From Flaccisagitta enflata (Eukaryota), in contig OZ231126.1 of NCBI GenBank assembly GCA_965153355.1, positions 10,664,001 through 10,728,000 on the forward strand: DNA of 64,000 nucleotides. Direction: 5' to 3'. The notes beneath the pieces are model-generated. The model searched no databases, was not told the origin of the DNA, and saw only the letters and a program-made list of their open reading frames with translations. A program made the position numbers and the translations under genes. Each line of letters begins with the position of its first letter. Within the stretch, counting starts at the first letter, position 1. Below, one piece after another: positions 1-14,890 of this stretch.

Positions 1-1551
1 TAAAAACCACCCCCGACGCAGACCGGAGACCAACCAACCCCTCAACCAACCCAAAACACCATCACCGTGGCTAAAAACCACCCCCGACGCAGACCGGAGA
101 CCAGCCAACCCCTCAGCCACCCAAAACACCATCACCGTGGCTAAAAACCACGGCGGCGCAGACCAGGAGACCAGCCAACCCCTCAACCAACCCAAAACAC
201 CATCACCGTGGAAAGCCACCCCGACGCCAGACCGGAGACCAACCAACCCCTCAACCAGCCCAAAACACCATCACCGTGGCTAAAAACCACCCCCGACGCA
301 GACCGGAGACCAACCAACCCCTCAACCAACCCAAAACACCATCACCGTGGCTAAAAACCACCCCCGACGCAGACCGGAGACCAACCAACCCCTCAACCAA
401 CCCAAAACACCATCACCGTGGCTAAAAACCACCCCGGCAGACAGGAGACCAGCCCCAAAACACCCATCAACCACCCCACGACGTGGGGGAACCCTCAACA
501 GCCCAAAACACCATCAGGCCAAAAACCACCCCGACGCAGACCAGGACCAGCCCCTCAACCAGCAAACACCATCACCGTGGCTAAAACCATACAACCAACC
601 AACCCCTCAAAACCCAAAACCACCATCACCGTGGCTAAAAACCACCCCAGCGGACCGGAGACCAACCAACCCCTCAACCAACCAAAACACCATCACCGTG
701 GCTAAAACCACCCCCGACGCAGACCGGAGACCAGCCAAACCAGCCCAAAACACCATCTGGCTATGGCGAGACCAACCAACCCAGCCACACCATCGGTGGC
801 TAAAACCACCCCCGCGCAGACCGGAGACCAGCCAACCCCTCAACCAACCCAAAACACCATCACCGTGGCTAAAACCACCCCGACGCAGACCAGGAGACCA
901 ACCAACCCCTCAACCAACCCAAAACACCATCTGGCTAAAAACCACCCCGGCAGACCGGAGACCAATAACCCCTCAACCAGCCCAAACACCATCACCGTGG
1001 CTAAAAACCACCCGGCGCTTCAGACCAGCAACCCCTCCCCGGCCCCCAGACCAACCAACCCCTCAACCAACCCAAAACACCATCACCGTGGCTAAAAACC
1101 ACCCCCGACGCAGACCGGAGACCAACCAACCCCTCAACCAACCCAAAACACCATCACCGTGGCTAAAAACCACCCCCGACGCAGACCGGAGACCAACCAA
1201 CCCCTCAACCAACCCAAAACACCATCACCGTGGCTAAAAACCACGACCGACCAACCCCTCAACCAACCCAAAACACCATCACCGTGGCTAAAAACCACCC
1301 CCGACGCAGACCGGAGACCAACCAACCCCTCAACCAACCCAAAACACCATCACCGTGGCTAAAAACCACCCCCGACGCAGACCGGAGACCAACCAACCCC
1401 TCAACCAACCCAAAACACCATCACCGTGGCTAAAAACCACCCCCGACGCAGACCGGAGACCAACCAACCCCTCAACCAACCCAAAACACCATCACCGTGG
1501 CTAAAAACCACCCCCGACGCAGACCGGAGACCAACCAACCCCTCAACCAAC
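1..1551. repeat. Satellite array, 71-bp C/A-rich unit, truncated by the window start
   Basis: Unit ctaaaaaccacccccgacgcagaccggagaccaaccaacccctcaaccaacccaaaacaccatcaccgtgg recurs (e.g. 1430 and 1501). Copies at ~420-1060 are more degenerate. Confidence 0.95.
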
Positions 1552-4525
1552 CTACACCTAGATATCTTACCCAGTTCATTTGGTGACCGATTGCCGGTCA
1601 ACATCCCTCCCACCTCCATGTTTGACTTCTGAATAAATTGTTTTACCTGATCACAATCCTGTTATGACATGATCGATATTTTTGAGTCGCAACAATCAGA
1701 GATTAAATCGTCATTTGCTGTCTCAAGTTGTCTCCTTCATTAGGCAGTCTCAATTCTTTATTGTGAGGTAACTACAATCACTCTAGTTGAATTTTTGTTC
1801 TTTTTATCATTGTGTTAATATCTGATAGCAGTATGCAAATGGTTTTAAATTTTTTTGCGACTGTATTTTTAAAAAATTCTTGCAAATGATTGAATGTTTC
1901 TGTCTCTCATCAATGCAATATCAAGATTCTTGGTTCGTTTTTATTTTCAAGCATTATGTATGAGAATAATAGAAAAACAAAGAATAATACCAGTAATGGC
2001 GGCTGTCGCCGTGAGGAAAAAAGTTGTAATCATTGGTCACTTTTCACCATGTTTTTATCTTCAATCCCTGCATTTTTTTTTAGATCAAATCAAGAGCAGT
2101 AGTATATATTGGTTGCACTGAAAATCAGAGAAAATTAGAACCAAGTAAAATGAGCTAGATGAGCTCAAATACTCAAAATTAATCAACCAAATATCCAGCA
2201 ATGCTAACTGAAATGCTTTCTTGTGTTTGCATGCTCAATTAAAACATTTATTTATCCTATTAAAATTCAGATAAAAAACTGAGCTAAATGAGCAAAATGA
2301 GCTAGAATACTTAAAAATACCCTCATAGATGTGCAGCTTGAATCACTGACATGCTTTCTTATGGCTGCTTGCTTAAATATGTATCAGACTATTTAATCCT
2401 TTATCGCATCTAAAATCAGTAAAATAAACTGAGCTAAACGAGCTAAATGAGCTAAAATGCTCAAAAACACTCACAGATGTGCAGCTATGCTCATAAACAT
2501 GTCTTCTTGTATTTGCCTGCTCAAACAAACTTGCATAAACTCCTTTTTTGATCCTTTTTAAAATCATAAAAAATTGAAAAAAAAATTAATTAGAATTTTT
2601 TGTGAAAAAATCTTTAAAAATTCATAACGCAATAAATATTTGCCGAAGAGCATTCTGCTTGGCGCCAAATAAAAGAAAAATATCAAATTTACTGACTCTA
2701 TCAATTTCATTGGAGGTCTCAATCAGCCGGAAGAGATCCCCAACTTTCCCTTAAGAAAATGAAAACCCTGTTTCTCTCGAATATGTCAAAAAGTTGAAGA
2801 CTGACTTCGACTTTTTTCCCGATGATTTGTTACAATTTAGAAATACAGCAGATTATAGATATGTCAAATTTCGCCTTTGTTTGCACTTTGACTTAAGCTG
2901 TTTAGAAAGGGCAAGCCAAAATGTGTGCATATTTTTTCCTAAAAAAAAACAGAATGAAATAATTTCAACATCGAATCATTTTAAGTTGAGGACCTCTCAT
3001 CGCTAAGCATAGCTGAAGAGTAAGAAACACAACAAAAATATTGTTAACCACAATCCTTAAAAGATACCGCAATATCGTTGAAATAGCTAATATCGTTTAA
3101 AAAAGGCAAGCATAACTGTTATCTTATTCAAATCAAAAGGAGACCAGAATGTTATTGAAAATAGCAAAACCATTCCCTGAAGCTTAAATCTTGGCCCAGA
3201 CCGCTCCTTTGCTAGATTTTGGTTGAAATACATGCTCAATGACAAGGCTTTGCCGCTTGGCATTGAGTTTTTTGGCTGTGATACTTCTTTGATGTCATTT
3301 ATTAAACCATTAAGAATACATACTTCAAATTTGAGCTTTGAATCTATATACACGGAGATGCCTTACGAATGGATATGATGAGGGAAAGGAGGGGAGTATT
3401 TTGGAAGAGAGGAGCAGGAAGAGGATGCGTTTCTAAAAAAAAGGTGTTTTAACTTTGATAGCATTCACAGCGTGAACACATGAATTTTAAGCATTCCAGG
3501 AGGGAGTGGACAAAGTAAGCAACTCGTGAACAGAGCGAGCCCGTGAACAGAGCGTGCCCGTGAACGGAGCAAGCCCGTGAATGGAGCGAGCGAGCAAAGC
3601 GAGCACAGTGAAGTGGAGCGCTGCAGAGAGAGTGAGCAGTGCGTGCGAACAGATGTAGCGAGCGACCGAGTGGACCGTTTGAAGTAATGTTGTCCAACTC
3701 GTATCAAAGTGTAGAGAACTGACTAAATGCTTTGGCAGGGCTGAGTTACTGAAAAAAAAAACGCTCCATTCATTCCCAGCACGGGCGCTTCCTCCTTATT
3801 TTGCCTGGTGCGCCATATTTCCCCCTGAAATTGTTTTCATCTCCCGTCACACAGAGACGACCACAAACTCAATTGTTCTTGTTCGGGTCAAGTGAGCGGA
3901 GTGAGCAGTGTGAGCGAACGATCGTTGAGAGCAACCGAGTAGCCCGTAGAGAACAAGGCTAACTCTGATAAGAGACGCATCCTTATTTCTACCCCTCTCA
4001 ATCCTGATTCGCCTTGTGCCACACCTCCTCCTCATCATTCTGATCCTGTGCTTCCCCTTCTTCCTATCCATTCTGATCTGAAGAGTGCAGACGACGATGA
4101 GACCGCCGAAACGACTTTATGGATCGATCAAAAGAATCTCGACTCTGAGATTGGGGTCTCTAGACTGGGATTTGGGATTTGAGACTGAAATTTGGGCCTT
4201 AAGACTGGGATTTGAGGAGGGGGGGGGGTTTACGAAGGAAAAGAAGGAGAAGGAGAAGGAGGATAAAATTTCCCACATGTGTGAAAGCATAGGTCATTGA
4301 CCCCTTTATCGCCGCTGCTCAAAAACGGGAATTTTTTGCACAAATGGACATGTTGATGTCAGCCGTGACAGACTGACAGCTGTAGGCTGACGACAAAATG
4401 TCCATATGTGTCAAAATTCTTGTTTTTAACTACAATTAAAAACTCCATGTGCGTTCCCAAAAAACTGTCATCTTTTTCCTACTTACAATAAGCGATTCTC
4501 TACCTGTTTGTCTGTCTTTGTATCA

Positions 4526-4658
<133 letters not shown>

Positions 4659-5260
4659 CCTCTTTGAAAGTAACACTACAGACAGACAGATACACACTAA
4701 GACAGAGACCGAGCATCAACACGGACCAAAATGTTTACGGCAAGCACAGTTGTAACGTTGCATAGTGAATACTGTCATAGTCCTACTACACATAATGCAC
4801 GAACCAGCACTAAAACGAGTTTCTGAATGGCGTAACCAAGGTTACGTGACAACAAACAAAAGCATCGATTGACTGGAGTCAAGAAAAGATGGTTAGGAAT
4901 CTGTTCGCTCCCTTTTTTCTTTCGATAAAGTCGGTTAATTTGCATATTGCAGTAACATCTTTTTCTCTTTTTTCCCGCAAACGTTAGAGTTTGGCACACA
5001 TCGCCCACACCTAGTGACATGCCTGCCATATTTTTGAATGTCTTGAACTAGTCACTTTAGTGGTATCTAGCTAACGTTAGCTAACGTTTGAAGAAAACTG
5101 GAAAAGTGTTTTTTTCAACATAACATTACATTCTAAGACAATTTGATACTTTCCGGGTCACGGCCCATTGTGCGGCATAGGTACCAGGCTGCTGTTTTCT
5201 ACGCGCGTTTTCTTTCCAAACTGATTCACAACACAGATGTTGATACCTCTTTCAATACAG

Positions 5261-5370
5261 ATGAGAGAAGACTGGAGTTGGCCTCAGAAGACGATTCAGA
5301 TGATGATGGATCCATTTCTGTGAAGTCCAAGTTCATCGGTGGAAATGGAGTCTCAAATGACGAGTTTCAA
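5261..5370 (+). CDS. PKD2: Polycystin-2-like (TRPP) gene, internal coding exon
   Basis: Acceptor ctttcaatacag, donor GTACAG. Encodes ERRLELASEDDSDDDGS...GNGVSNDEFQ, which resembles the PKD2 acidic stretch and GVSYEEFQ. Joins the next exon in phase 0. Confidence 0.75.
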
Positions 5371-7739
5371 GTACAGTAAATGTCGTCTTGACTTGGGAAT
5401 ACAATACAATATGTTCTGTAAAAATATCGCTCTTTTAGTGATTGCAAGGGAGCATTACAAGCTATTCACACATAATATCACTCCCTAGCAATGGTTAAAC
5501 GAGCAATATTACAAAATATAATGTTTAAAATTTGATTTTAAGCAATATTCCTCCAAATTTTTTTTCACAATATTGTAATATTGTAATATTTCATAATATT
5601 GTTCATAATATTAACCAACACTCATATGCAACAAAGCATCCTTCTATTAATTTATATTCTAAATGTCAATCTTTTATATTCATTTATTTTCCATATATGA
5701 ATTCCCCCGTGTTTCCAAGTCTAGACAACATCTACTGTATATTCAAATGAATGGATGAGTAGAAAAATGAAAGATTGAATGATAAAAATAATCAAGGACA
5801 ACCGTTCCGAATCTGCTAAGCTGCCGCGTAGCATAACAAGGCCCACACCTAGAAGTCGCGTGCGGGACATAAAATAACTTAAGATGACTTTTATGGACTC
5901 AAGATGACTTTAAATAACTCAAGACAACATTAAATAACTTAAAAAGACAATGACAATGACAATGACTACTTTGAGCTATTTCACTTAAGTGACTTAAAAT
6001 AACTTAGAATGACTTTGAATGACTTAGAATGACAAAAAATAACTTAGAATGACAGAATGACTAGAAATAAAGTATAATAACATAGACTAAAACAAAGACT
6101 AGAAATATAATATAATAACGAAGTAAAGTGTAATGGACGGACGGACTGACAAACCGACAGACCGACGGACCAACAAAGCGAGTTGTAGAGTCGCGTGCAC
6201 GCGACTAAAAAATACGGCAGAAGCTGCTGCGCTTTTCAAATCCACATCTGTGCATTCTGGGTGGTGTTTTGTGCTGGCTTCCATCCGTAAAACGACACCA
6301 GTAATTCGGCTACCTTAAGAAGCATTCGGGTGGTAAGGGACTAAGGGTGAATGATGTAGGAATCACAGATGCACTCCGCCGCAGATATAGTGATGACCGA
6401 ATGTAATATCACAGAAAGCCAGCATTTTCAAGCGTTAGCATGACGGCTACACTTAGGCGGTAAAGGGCCGTCACGGAGGCGTGGAGTGATTTGGAGTCAT
6501 GTTGCTTTTGAAACAGCGCATAGCCACCTGGAACTAGTGGCGTCTCAGCGACCTTCATCTCAATCATGTGTACAAGTGGGCCACTGTATTTTTTTTTTTT
6601 CAAATAGGTCATCACAGCAATGTATTGATCACTTATAAGGGGTACGACATTTAAATCAAATAATCAAGAAATCGACGTAGAGCCAGGACACAATTTTACG
6701 ACTTGCAACCACTTTTCTCTCTGACGATATTTGCCCACGGAAGGAGATTTAGGAGAAGAGATTCCCGCATCAACGCATTTGGATGTGTGGAACCGCACCC
6801 ACGAAATTCAACGTATCCCAGTGCCCGGGAATCTGTTTTGAAACTACCGTTACGAAATTCTCTACATGTGACATCGTGAAAGGCCGAGAGAGTTATCTCG
6901 CGAACTATAATTTCTACAAAAGAGAGTGCAAAAAAAAAAACATATAAAGGGTGCTTTCAATTGCCCAGTAAGGTGCAGTTTGCCCCAACCTTAGACCCTC
7001 TTCAGTCAAAATGTCACCACACGGGATCAAACGAGAGGGTGGCCTCCATGCTTTCCATGCTGACGCAATTGCCCCGCCTTGTTATGCTGTGCTATCCCCT
7101 TCAGATTGAGTCCCCCATTAAGCGCACGCTATTCCTAAAGTAGGGTTACAAAATCCTGGGACCAGGCCTCGAAATGAACCCCGCCCATTTTCCGGAAATC
7201 CAAAATGGTTAGCAATACACCGCTATAATTATCCCGAATAGATACACCAAAAACTATTTTTACTAGTTATGAATATCATACCCAACGATAAACATGACAT
7301 ACGCATCGACCTATGCTGTAAAAATCCCATCTCAACCCGACCAGAACAACTTTCAATGGACCAACAAATAACCCCGAACTTCAGGGACAACCCCTCGCAA
7401 AGTTTACCGCGAATTACTTTAAACCCACAATCAAGGACATGCCCCGTAAAAAAATTGAGCCAGGAAAAAAACCGCATCCCAATCGGTCGACGCGCACTGA
7501 CGCTAGAGCCTCGCGTCTGTTAAAAAATTTTACCCGGCAAAAAATCACGAAGGCCGTGGTCTTGCTTAGGCGCCGCGGAATTGCGGCTGTCACGAATATT
7601 GATAAGAAGAAGATACCCCCCTCCTGCACCATTCCCCAAGATAATTACTCATAAAGTATATATCCCAGCATATCATTCGAATCCTCTCTTCATGAAGAAT
7701 ATGAAAATCACAATAATTATTATTTTCCCAGAAAGCCGT

Positions 7740-8650
7740 GGCTACTGTGACCACAGACTCAAAAACCCTGACCACAGACTCGAAAACCAAAACCACAATC
7801 CCGAAAACCGAGACCACAATCTTGAACCTTGCAGCCAGAGACATGGTCAACCACGCCCACAGATCCGGAAATTGCGCCCACACACTCGGAAATAGCACCC
7901 ACAGACTCGGAAATCGCTACCACAGACTCAAAAATTGCCCCCACAGACTCGGAAACCGCGCCAACAGGCTTGGAAATTGCACCTACAGGCTCAGAAATCG
8001 CGCCCACAGACTCGGAAACCAAGACCATAGACCCGCAAATTGCCCCCACAGACTTGCAAATTGTGCCCACAGACTTGGAAATCGCGCCCACAGAATCGGA
8101 AATCGCGCCCACAGAATTGGAAATCGCGCCCACAGACTCGGAAATCGCGCCCACAGACTCGGAAATCGCGCCCACAGACTCGGAAATCGCGCCCACAGAC
8201 TCGGAAATCGCGCCCACAGACTCGGAAATCGCACCCACAGACTCGGAAATCGCCCCCATGGAGCCAGAAATCGCGCCCACAGTCAGAAATTGAGACCACA
8301 GACTCGGAAATTGAGACCACAGACTCAGTAATTGAGACCACAAACTCAGAAATCGAGACCACAGACTCAGAAACTGAGACCACAGACTTGGAAATCGAGA
8401 CCACCGACTCCATAACTGAAGCCACAGACTTGAAAACCGAGACCACAGACTCGGAAATTGAGACCACAAACCCGGATATTGAGACCACAGACCCGGAAAT
8501 TGCGCCCACCGACTCGGAAATTGTGCCCACAGACCCGGAAATTGTGCCCACAGACTCGAGAACCGCGCCCACAGACTCGGAAATTGCGCCCACAGACTCG
8601 GAAATCAAGCCCACAGACTCGGAAATCAAGCCCACAGACTCGGAAACTGA
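7740..8650. repeat. 21-bp minisatellite (gcccacagactcggaaatcgc) in a PKD2 intron
   Basis: Tandem units visible; they produce spurious periodic ORFs in several frames. Confidence 0.92.
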
Positions 8651-8911
8651 TTTCATCGTATTTCATCGAAGGGTGTCATTTGTTCAGCATATGTAACCTT
8701 TCGAACAAACTCGTATCGAATCATTCCAACTTTCTCATTTTTTTTTTGTCATGAAACTTTTTATTGTAATTAGTAAAGATTATGATCCGACGATAAGAAA
8801 GAGCTTTTTTCTTGTCAAATAATGTTCATTGGTTTGTGCGCAATTAAAAAACTGCAATATGCAAATTAGGATGAGGACGAATGGATCGCCCAAAGATTTC
8901 ATCAAATTTAC

Positions 8912-9900
8912 CACTGTATGGCCTAATGGTAGTTACTCGGAAAAAATGCCTCGGCATAACGGCCCATACTGGGTGGTAGTATGAACCCTCCCCATCACAT
9001 TCATACCAAGAGTCAAATGTTCTACTTGGAAATTAGGCCAAAATGGCCTAATTTGGCCATTTCTCAGGCCATTTTGGCTAAATCGTGGAATTTGCGGCTT
9101 TTTTTTCCATATCAGGGGATTTTTTTCGCTGAAACTGATAACAACTGGTATCTTTTGAGACTATGAATACTTGCCAGGCGAAAATAAGAAGAGAATCTGG
9201 TCAAATTGACCTAATATAGCCTGATTAAACACATTTTTCTGGCTTAAAATCTGATTTCATTGATTATCAAGCATTTAGAGTGTTTGTTCAAGCTTTCCTT
9301 CTCTGTAACTGTTACCTCATAACTAATATACACTGAATATATACAATCTTGGCCAGGAAAGCCTAAATCTCAGGTCAAAATGAAGTAATTAGGCCACATA
9401 TTGTCATTTTACAGCCCTTAAATCTCTATCGGAAAGCATGAAGCTTTGATGACTGATAATTGATCATTTTCCCTCAACAATTTTAAACCTGTTGTTGTTG
9501 TTGTGGGTTTTTGTTGTTGTTGTTGCTTTTGTTGTTGTTGCTGTCGCTGTTATTGTTGCTTTTGTTGTAGATGCTGTTGTTGTCGTTGTTGTTATATTGT
9601 CATTGTTGTTGCTGTTGTTGTTGATATTGTTAACTGCTTTGTCAATGTAGTTGTTGTTGTTGTTGTTGTTGTTATTGTTGTTGCTGTTGTTGTTGTTGTT
9701 GTTGTTTCGTTGTTATTTTTTTCAATGTTGTTGTTGATGTTGTTGATGTTGTTATTGTCGTTGTTGTTGCTGTTGTTTTTGTTGTTTTGTTGTTTTGTTG
9801 TTGATGTTGTTTTAGTCATTGTTGTTTCTGTCATTGTTGTTGTTGTTGTTATGGTTGTTGCTGTTGTCGTTGTTATCTTTTTTGTTGTTTATGTTGTTTA

Positions 9901-9947
<47 letters not shown>

Positions 9948-11839
9948 GTATTCCTTCTTTAACTTTTGTTTAATTATAAGTTAGACAGTTGTGGATAAGC
10001 AAGTTCTGGCTTTGGAAGCTTTGACAGAAATGCCAAGCCACTTGAATTTCGCTGAAGGCTTTTTAGTAGCGGATACGCGACTCTACAGCTTGCCGTGTCA
10101 GTCTGTTGGTCTGTCAGTTAGTCAGTCAGTCACATTTTTGAATTTCTAGTGGTTTTCATATAACTGCTCCTGCACAAGCATCTGCGACTGGACTGCCGTG
10201 TATCTGGCCTTGTTTGATTGCGTGCTAGGGACATTGTGTTTGGTGTTTAATACGTAACTATATACAAATCAGTTGTTTGGTCTGTCAGAGCATTATTACT
10301 TACCATTTGTAAAAGAATGATGTTTGTGTCTAGGTCAACATTGATTCCTGAGTTAATGATTGATAAGTAATCTCTTCAATGTCGTTTACGACACAAAAGG
10401 ACTGAAAAAGCCAAAAAAAAAAACCACCTGGAATCTGACCACATCAGGTTTTTGGTTGTGGAAGTCGAAAATGTCATTCAGAAAACATTCCACAAGGCTA
10501 ATACTCCAGAGCAAACAGCAGCCCAAAGGCAATAAGTGGTCAGGGGTACCCCTGCCCTGCTTGAGTAGTATGTGACTTAAGTTGAGGGGGAGTAGGTCAG
10601 GGGCCCCGAAGTGGACAAAGACCTGTAAAACACAGGGGGAATCTGTCTGTCAGTACATCCGTCCATTCGTCCGTTCATCCGCTCATCCAATTGTCCCCCC
10701 CTGCCCCACCCTCAGGGTTTCGTCTCCTTTGGGGCCTATTCTGATCTAAATTCTGCCAAATATCCCAAATCCAAGCTATATGGCCCAAATCTAAGCAAAA
10801 TGGCCCAAATCCATGCATAATGGCCCAAATCCAAGCAAAATGGCCCAAATCCGGTGAGAATCTTGATATAGGAGGCCACAAAATAGGTCTAGGGGGCCTA
10901 AATGAAAGACCTCAGGCCAAAATTGAGATTTTCCGGCAAAATTTGGGCCAGTTTGCTTGGATTTGGGCCATTATGCTTGGATTTGAGCCATTTTGCTTAT
11001 GTTTGGGCCATATTGCTTGGATTTGGGCTATTTTCCAGAATCTAGGTCAGAATCGGCCTCAAAGGAGACAAAGCCCTGACGATGAGGCAGGGGGGACGGA
11101 CGGATGGACAAATGGAAAGAATCCCCCGTGTTCTACAGATCATATACACAGCAATCCAGTTGCTGACAGTTGGGCAGGCTCAGTAATGGGAAAACCGCTT
11201 AGAATTCAGAAATATTGAGGACGGTCAGACTGACCAACCTTCCTACCAACCAACATGGCAAGGTGTAGAGTCGCGTGTACGCAACTAAAGAACAGATACT
11301 ACGCTATCAAATTTTCATGCCTCTAGACAAGCTTTTAAGGAGGAAAGTACATGTTTATTTGGTCATATTGGGCCATTTTGGCCTGATATCAAGTTTGCCC
11401 TATCCAAAAGTGTACCCATGCAGAAAAGATACACCCTAATACACCCTGGCATAACAATTCTAAAGAAAAAAAAACTAGGCTCTGCATTTTAAATCCTTTT
11501 ACTCTTTAAAATGGATTTTTGGCCTTAAATCAGGCTATATCAGGTCAATTTGACCGGATTTTTTCTTGCTTTAGCCCGGCATGTATCTAGAGAGTCAAAG
11601 ATTACCCATTGGCATCAGTTTTGGTAATAAAATCCAGACATATGAAAAACAAGCCGCAAATCCCATGAAAGAGCCGAAACGACCTGAGAAATGGCCATAT
11701 TAGGACATTTTGGCCTAATTTCCAAGTAGAACATTTGGTTCTCGGTATGGAGGTGATGGGGAGGGTCCATACTACCGCCCAGTATGGACCGCTATGCTGA
11801 GGCATTTTTTCCGAGTAACTACCGTTAGGCCATACAGTG
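8912..11839. mobile_element. Non-autonomous TIR DNA transposon with CAC...GTG ends and a 4-bp TSD (Chapaev/CMC-like)
   Basis: Imperfect inverted repeats of ~330 bp (cactgtatggcctaatggtagttactcgg.../...ccgagtaactaccgttaggccatacagtg). TTAC is duplicated at 8908-8911 and 11840-11843. The interrupted host repeat is seen unbroken at ~47970-48200. Confidence 0.8.
9490..9950. repeat. Degenerate (GTT)n microsatellite
   Basis: Read directly from the sequence. Confidence 0.95.
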
Positions 11840-12338
11840 TTACACATTGGCGGATCTTTAGGTGCGACAAAGCACCCCTATAACTGGCTACGTCCATTGA
11901 TCGGTCGGGCGGTCGAGTAACGCATTCGTTCGACGATCCACACGTTGAATCTTATTGGCCTACTTTGCCTTGTTCCTTGCTTCTTTCTCTCCTCCTTTCA
12001 CTCCTGAATCCACCTGGGAAGGCCATATCTTCCGCACTTCGGCGCTCACCTGCCGCGTAGCACTGAAACCTTTGATGAAGGAATAAATGTACAAATGACT
12101 CAATGACTGACCTAAATCCAGGGAATGAATGTACAAATGACTCTATGACTGAACACACTTCCAAATGTTGGCAAAATCATTTAGCCAACTTTTGTTCAAA
12201 TACGTCGGTAGAAATGCAAATGGTAATAGCTTATATCTGAATTTGGTTCGAGGTACAATCAGCGGTAACAGTCAAGGTAGGGGGTAATTGGTAATAAAGC
12301 TAATGGTGCCGATCATAACACACTGTGGCATTTTCCAG

Positions 12339-12509
12339 GTGCTCAATCGACGAGTGGACAAAATGGAAACTTCAATCGGGTCGATCGTGGCCAAAATGGA
12401 CGGAGTTTTAGACAAACTAGTTTCCATGGAGAAAATCAAAACAAAACGGAGAGAAACCATGAGCAAATTACTACATAACATCGCTGGAACGGACGTCAGG
12501 AGGGATGAC
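12339..12509 (+). CDS. PKD2: Polycystin-2-like gene, coiled-coil exon
   Basis: ttttccag acceptor, GTGAGT donor. [45 protein letters not shown] matches the PKD2 C-terminal coiled coil ([23 protein letters not shown]...KLKRRE). Confidence 0.92.
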
Positions 12510-12515
12510 GTGAGT

Positions 12516-13430
<915 letters not shown>

Positions 13431-13513
13431 AGCTGCGAGACACCGTCACAATGAGATTTCTAAGGCCTTTCACATTATCATCCATTTTGTCATCTTTGTT
13501 CTCGAATTTTCAG

Positions 13514-13762
13514 ATGGAGCGACTGGTAAAAGATGAGTTACAAAGATGGGATTCAGACACGTCCATTACAAAAGAAAATGGACGTAATGAAAACCAGAAT
13601 CCCGATAGCAAGTCCATCTCCAGCGGAGGTACCGCTTCTAACGAAAAACTAGAATCTAACGAAAATATTGGCTCTGATGGGGAAAGCGGTTCCAAGGGAA
13701 ATGAGGATAATCGACCAAATACGGCTTCATCAACAAAATCAGGTCAGATAGGTATTTCTTAA
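13514..13762 (+). CDS. PKD2: Polycystin-2-like gene, terminal coding exon
   Basis: ttttcag acceptor, phase 0. MERLVKDELQRWDSD matches PKD2 MERLVREELERWESD. Stop TAA at 13760-13762. Confidence 0.88.
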   Translation: MERLVKDELQRWDSDTSITKENGRNENQNPDSKSISSGGTASNEKLESNENIGSDGESGSKGNEDNRPNTASSTKSGQIGIS

Positions 13763-13858
13763 ATCATTGTCTTATGGCGTAATTGAAATACAAGGCTGAC
13801 TTCCCAAAAAATAACCTTCTCCCCCCCTGACTGAACTGATTGGCAAATGTAGCTCTTT

Positions 13859-14360
13859 CTATGCCGGATCAACCAATAGGCTAAAAAAGCTATAGCTTAG
13901 GGCCCCGCGCCTCAGGGGGGCCCCGCGCCTGCAGCACCCACCCCTGAAAAAAAAGGAAAAAAAAACTAAGAGGGAAAAAAAAAAGAAAGAAAAAAAAGAA
14001 AGAAAAAAAAAAAGAAAGAAAAAAAAAGAAAGAGAAAGAAAATTTGCAGCCAAAAAAGCGAAAAATGTTTGCTTTAAATTTTTCCACGGTGATATGCTTA
14101 ACTGTTATGGAAATGTCATATTTTGTTGTTTCATTTATTTCAAGTTCTTTAAATATGCATATATATGTCACTTTTAGGCAAACAGGAAGTTACGCATGCC
14201 ATGCTAGATTAAATTCTAATCAACTGGTTTTGAGTTATTTGGTAAACAGGGGGGGGGCGCAAAGAGGGGGGTTAGCAGGGGGGGGGCAAAGAGGAGGGGG
14301 TTAGGGGGCCCCGCGCCCCTTGCCTAGCTTAGGGCCCCGCACCTTGTTGATCCGGCTTAG
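13859..14360. mobile_element. MITE with 8-bp TSD (hAT-like)
   Basis: TIR ctatgccggatcaac / gttgatccggcttag. AGCTCTTT is duplicated at 13851-13858 and 14361-14368. Confidence 0.8.
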
Positions 14361-14584
14361 AGCTCTTTACTGCCTTGACCTAGTAACACGCTCAATCGCT
14401 CATTCGGCCTTGTTCAGGTTCTCCGCGAAAGATAGTCGTGGCCCCGGAGGAAACAGAAGCCTGAATTTCTATCACGGAACTGATATCCTCGCCGAGTTGC
14501 GTCGTGCATGTATGGCAAGCACATTGCTTAGGTACACAAAAGGCATGCAGCTACCTGGAATTTTCAGGCGTGTCGAATAATGAC

Positions 14585-14890
14585 TAGGGTGGTCATGAAA
14601 TAGGGTCAAATTTCAAAAGATGATATACTCTAGTTTTTTGCATAAATGTACCAAAAAAGAAGGTTTTCCCACAAGCAGAGGTCTGAGTTTGAAGAATAAA
14701 CCATGTCGGCAAAACTATGGGCTTCCTATGGCAAAAAAAAGTCCCCATAGTAAGCCTATGGTTTTGCCGACAAGGTTTTCTGTTTGATTACACACCCCAA
14801 CTTGTGAGGAATCCCTCTTTTATTGGATATTTGTGCAAAGGGCCTAAGTATATCAATATATGAAATTTGACCCATTTCCCGACCACCCTA
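14585..14890. mobile_element. hAT-type MITE
   Basis: TIR tagggtggtc...gggtcaaatttc / gaaatttgaccc...gaccacccta. ATAATGAC is duplicated at 14577-14584 and 14891-14898. Confidence 0.85.

Noticed and set aside
1-1551. CRISPR-like array or ORFs in the 71-bp repeat (likewise the 81-bp array)
   Set aside because: No unique spacers, eukaryotic context and no cas genes; the ORFs just reflect repeat periodicity.
7738-8754. PTDSEIA-repeat protein
   Set aside because: Open in many frames because of a 21-bp minisatellite; intronic, with no splice or start support.
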